Source: a bacterium (lineage in GTDB: Bacteria > SM23-31). Taken from it: a stretch of DNA of 64,000 nt. The stretch lies in NCBI GenBank assembly GCA_965249485.1, contig OZ252239.1, forward strand, positions 1 through 64,000, given 5' to 3'. Below the pieces are notes generated by a model that saw only the letters and a program-made list of their open reading frames with translations, searched no databases and had not been told where the DNA came from. The translations under genes were made by a program, and so were the position numbers. Shown here one piece after another: positions 62,564-64,000 of the stretch. Position 1 is the stretch's first letter. Each line of letters opens with the position of its first letter.

Positions 62564-64000
62564 TTAATAATTCCTGATTATTTTAAATACATATGCATGT
62601 TCACTTGTCGGCTTTGTATCGGGAGAATGTATCGTGAGACCTTCTTCCGTCAACGACCAGTCTAGTTCTTGATCACTGCCGAGCATTGTTATAGTATTAA
62701 TTTCCGATTGATATAATGATGGAAACACATCGAGCATATTTAGAGAAGTAATCTTCACCTGTTCTCCCGGCCATTCCAAACATATTGCATAGAGAACATT
62801 ATTTTTTGCTGTGAACCGTATATCTTCTCCTGTATACTGAAGTTGTCCCCCTTCTTCACTAAAATGTCCGCCTTCTGACATCGTTGTGGGGCCTTCTCCA
62901 TAAATTGACCAGGGTGTAGTTCCATAAATCGCTTCGCCGTTGACCTTCAACCACGCTCCAATACCCAGTAGGCGGTCTTTGGCTTCTTCTGGAATTGTAC
63001 CGTCCGGTTTGGGACCAACGTTAAGTAAAAGATATCCGTTCTTGCTGACTCTGTCGATCAAATTATCCACTAGTTGGTTCACCGATTTATAACCCACATT
63101 CTGAACATACGCCCATGATCCTTGTTCATCTACGGATGTATCAGTCAGCCACCCATGATAGGTAAGTTGATCCATTGTTCCCATTTCAAGATCTGTAACA
63201 CCGACTACCGGAGGAAAATCATAATTTTTATACGTTACTTCAACTTCTTTATCCCATTCCATTGCCTTATTAAAATAGTCAGCAAGGAATTCAAGCCGAT
63301 AATTCTCTCTGATTCCCTCTAATGCAAAATCAAACCATATTAAGTCCGGTTGGTATTTGTCCACAACCTCTGTAAGTTTATTTTTCCATTGCTCGAGAAA
63401 TTCTTTGTTCGGTTCGTCTTGTTCTTCCCATTGTACAGTCATATTTACGCCTGGTTTCTCTTCCAGATTATGCAATGAACCATATAAACCTGAGTATTGT
63501 GGATCTGATGTATCATATTCTTTCTTCCAATGAGGATAAAACCACCAGTTCATAGAGTGGTGAAATGCCGTTACAAACTTCATTTCTCGTTTTTTGATCG
63601 CCACCTCCAGTTCTCCAACAATGTCTCTTTTTGGACCCATCTCCATAGCATCCCATTTTGTCAGGTCGCTGTCCCACATTGAAAAGCCGTCATGGTGTTC
63701 AGCAACAGGACCGGCAAATTGAGCACCTGCCTCTTTGAAGAGTTCTGCCCACTCATCAGCATCGAATTTTTCCGCCGTGAACATTGGAATAAAGTCTTTA
63801 TAGCCAAATTCCTCTGGAGGACCATAGGTTTTTACGTGGTAGTCGTACTGGGCAGTACCCTCCCGATACATATTAAAAGGATACCATGTGCCATCCCGAC
63901 CGGTACGTAATGTAATGAGGCTTTCTATAACTTCCAGTCTCTCTTCGTCTGAATCAAACATTGTTTTCGAACTTTTCACCTGCTTGAGAGAAATCCCCTT
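62564..64000 (-). CDS. Alpha-L-fucosidase (GH29), 5'-truncated by the window edge
   Basis: FGYKDFIPMF, WAELFKEAGA, AEHHDGF, DLIWFD (nucleophile), VSKNGYLLLNVGP, NGEAIYGT; frame open to position 64000. Confidence 0.93.
   Translation of the reverse strand, partial: KGISLKQVKSSKTMFDSDEERLEVIESLITLRTGRDGTWYPFNMYREGTAQYDYHVKTYGPPEEFGYKDFIPMFTAEKFDADEWAELFKEAGAQFAGPVAEHHDGFSMWDSDLTKWDAMEMGPKRDIVGELEVAIKKREMKFVTAFHHSMNWWFYPHWKKEYDTSDPQYSGLYGSLHNLEEKPGVNMTVQWEEQDEPNKEFLEQWKNKLTEVVDKYQPDLIWFDFALEGIRENYRLEFLADYFNKAMEWDKEVEVTYKNYDFPPVVGVTDLEMGTMDQLTYHGWLTDTSVDEQGSWAYVQNVGYKSVNQLVDNLIDRVSKNGYLLLNVGPKPDGTIPEEAKDRLLGIGAWLKVNGEAIYGTTPWSIYGEGPTTMSEGGHFSEEGGQLQYTGEDIRFTAKNNVLYAICLEWPGEQVKITSLNMLDVFPSLYQSEINTITMLGSDQELDWSLTEEGLTIHSPDTKPTSEHAYVFKIIRNY

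Noticed and set aside
1..64000. Alternative genetic code (TGA or TAA reassigned) suggested by several in-frame stops
   Set aside because: Full-length genes end normally in TGA (lpdA, GH2, P6) and TAA (aceE, aceF, tdh), Trp is encoded by TGG, and internal stops are too rare for reassignment
1..64000. CRISPR array, rRNA, intact tRNA, prophage, integron
   Set aside because: No regularly spaced repeats, cloverleafs, rRNA motifs, or phage/integrase genes recognised

Overview
Bacterial chromosomal window, fairly AT-rich, with a gene content suggesting a Gram-negative heterotroph; the taxonomy cannot be fixed from this sequence alone. It opens with an intact pyruvate dehydrogenase operon (aceE-aceF-lpdA). 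The rest is an accessory region rich in exported hydrolases: amidase, gamma-glutamyltransferase, GH2, GH29, DUF885, M20 and PAP2. Main observations: (1) Nine signal-peptide-bearing M24 (pita-bread fold) paralogs, six of them in one tandem array (30.0-39.1 kb). Four array members have lost the same two of five metal ligands, and the array looks like a mosaic of shuffled segments. (2) Three paralogous zincin-like proteins with EExxH instead of HExxH, plus an M20 protein with a rewired metal site. (3) An OsmC-like gene read through an in-frame TGA at the catalytic-Cys position with a SECIS-like hairpin, probably a selenoprotein. (4) A GTDC1/QTMAN-like glycosyltransferase in an apparent operon with a PIG-L deacetylase. 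(5) A complete IS1595-family element with TIRs and an 8-bp target duplication. (6) About nine broken genes or gene remnants. No rRNA, intact tRNA or CRISPR array was seen. All family calls come from motif recognition by eye; no searches were run.
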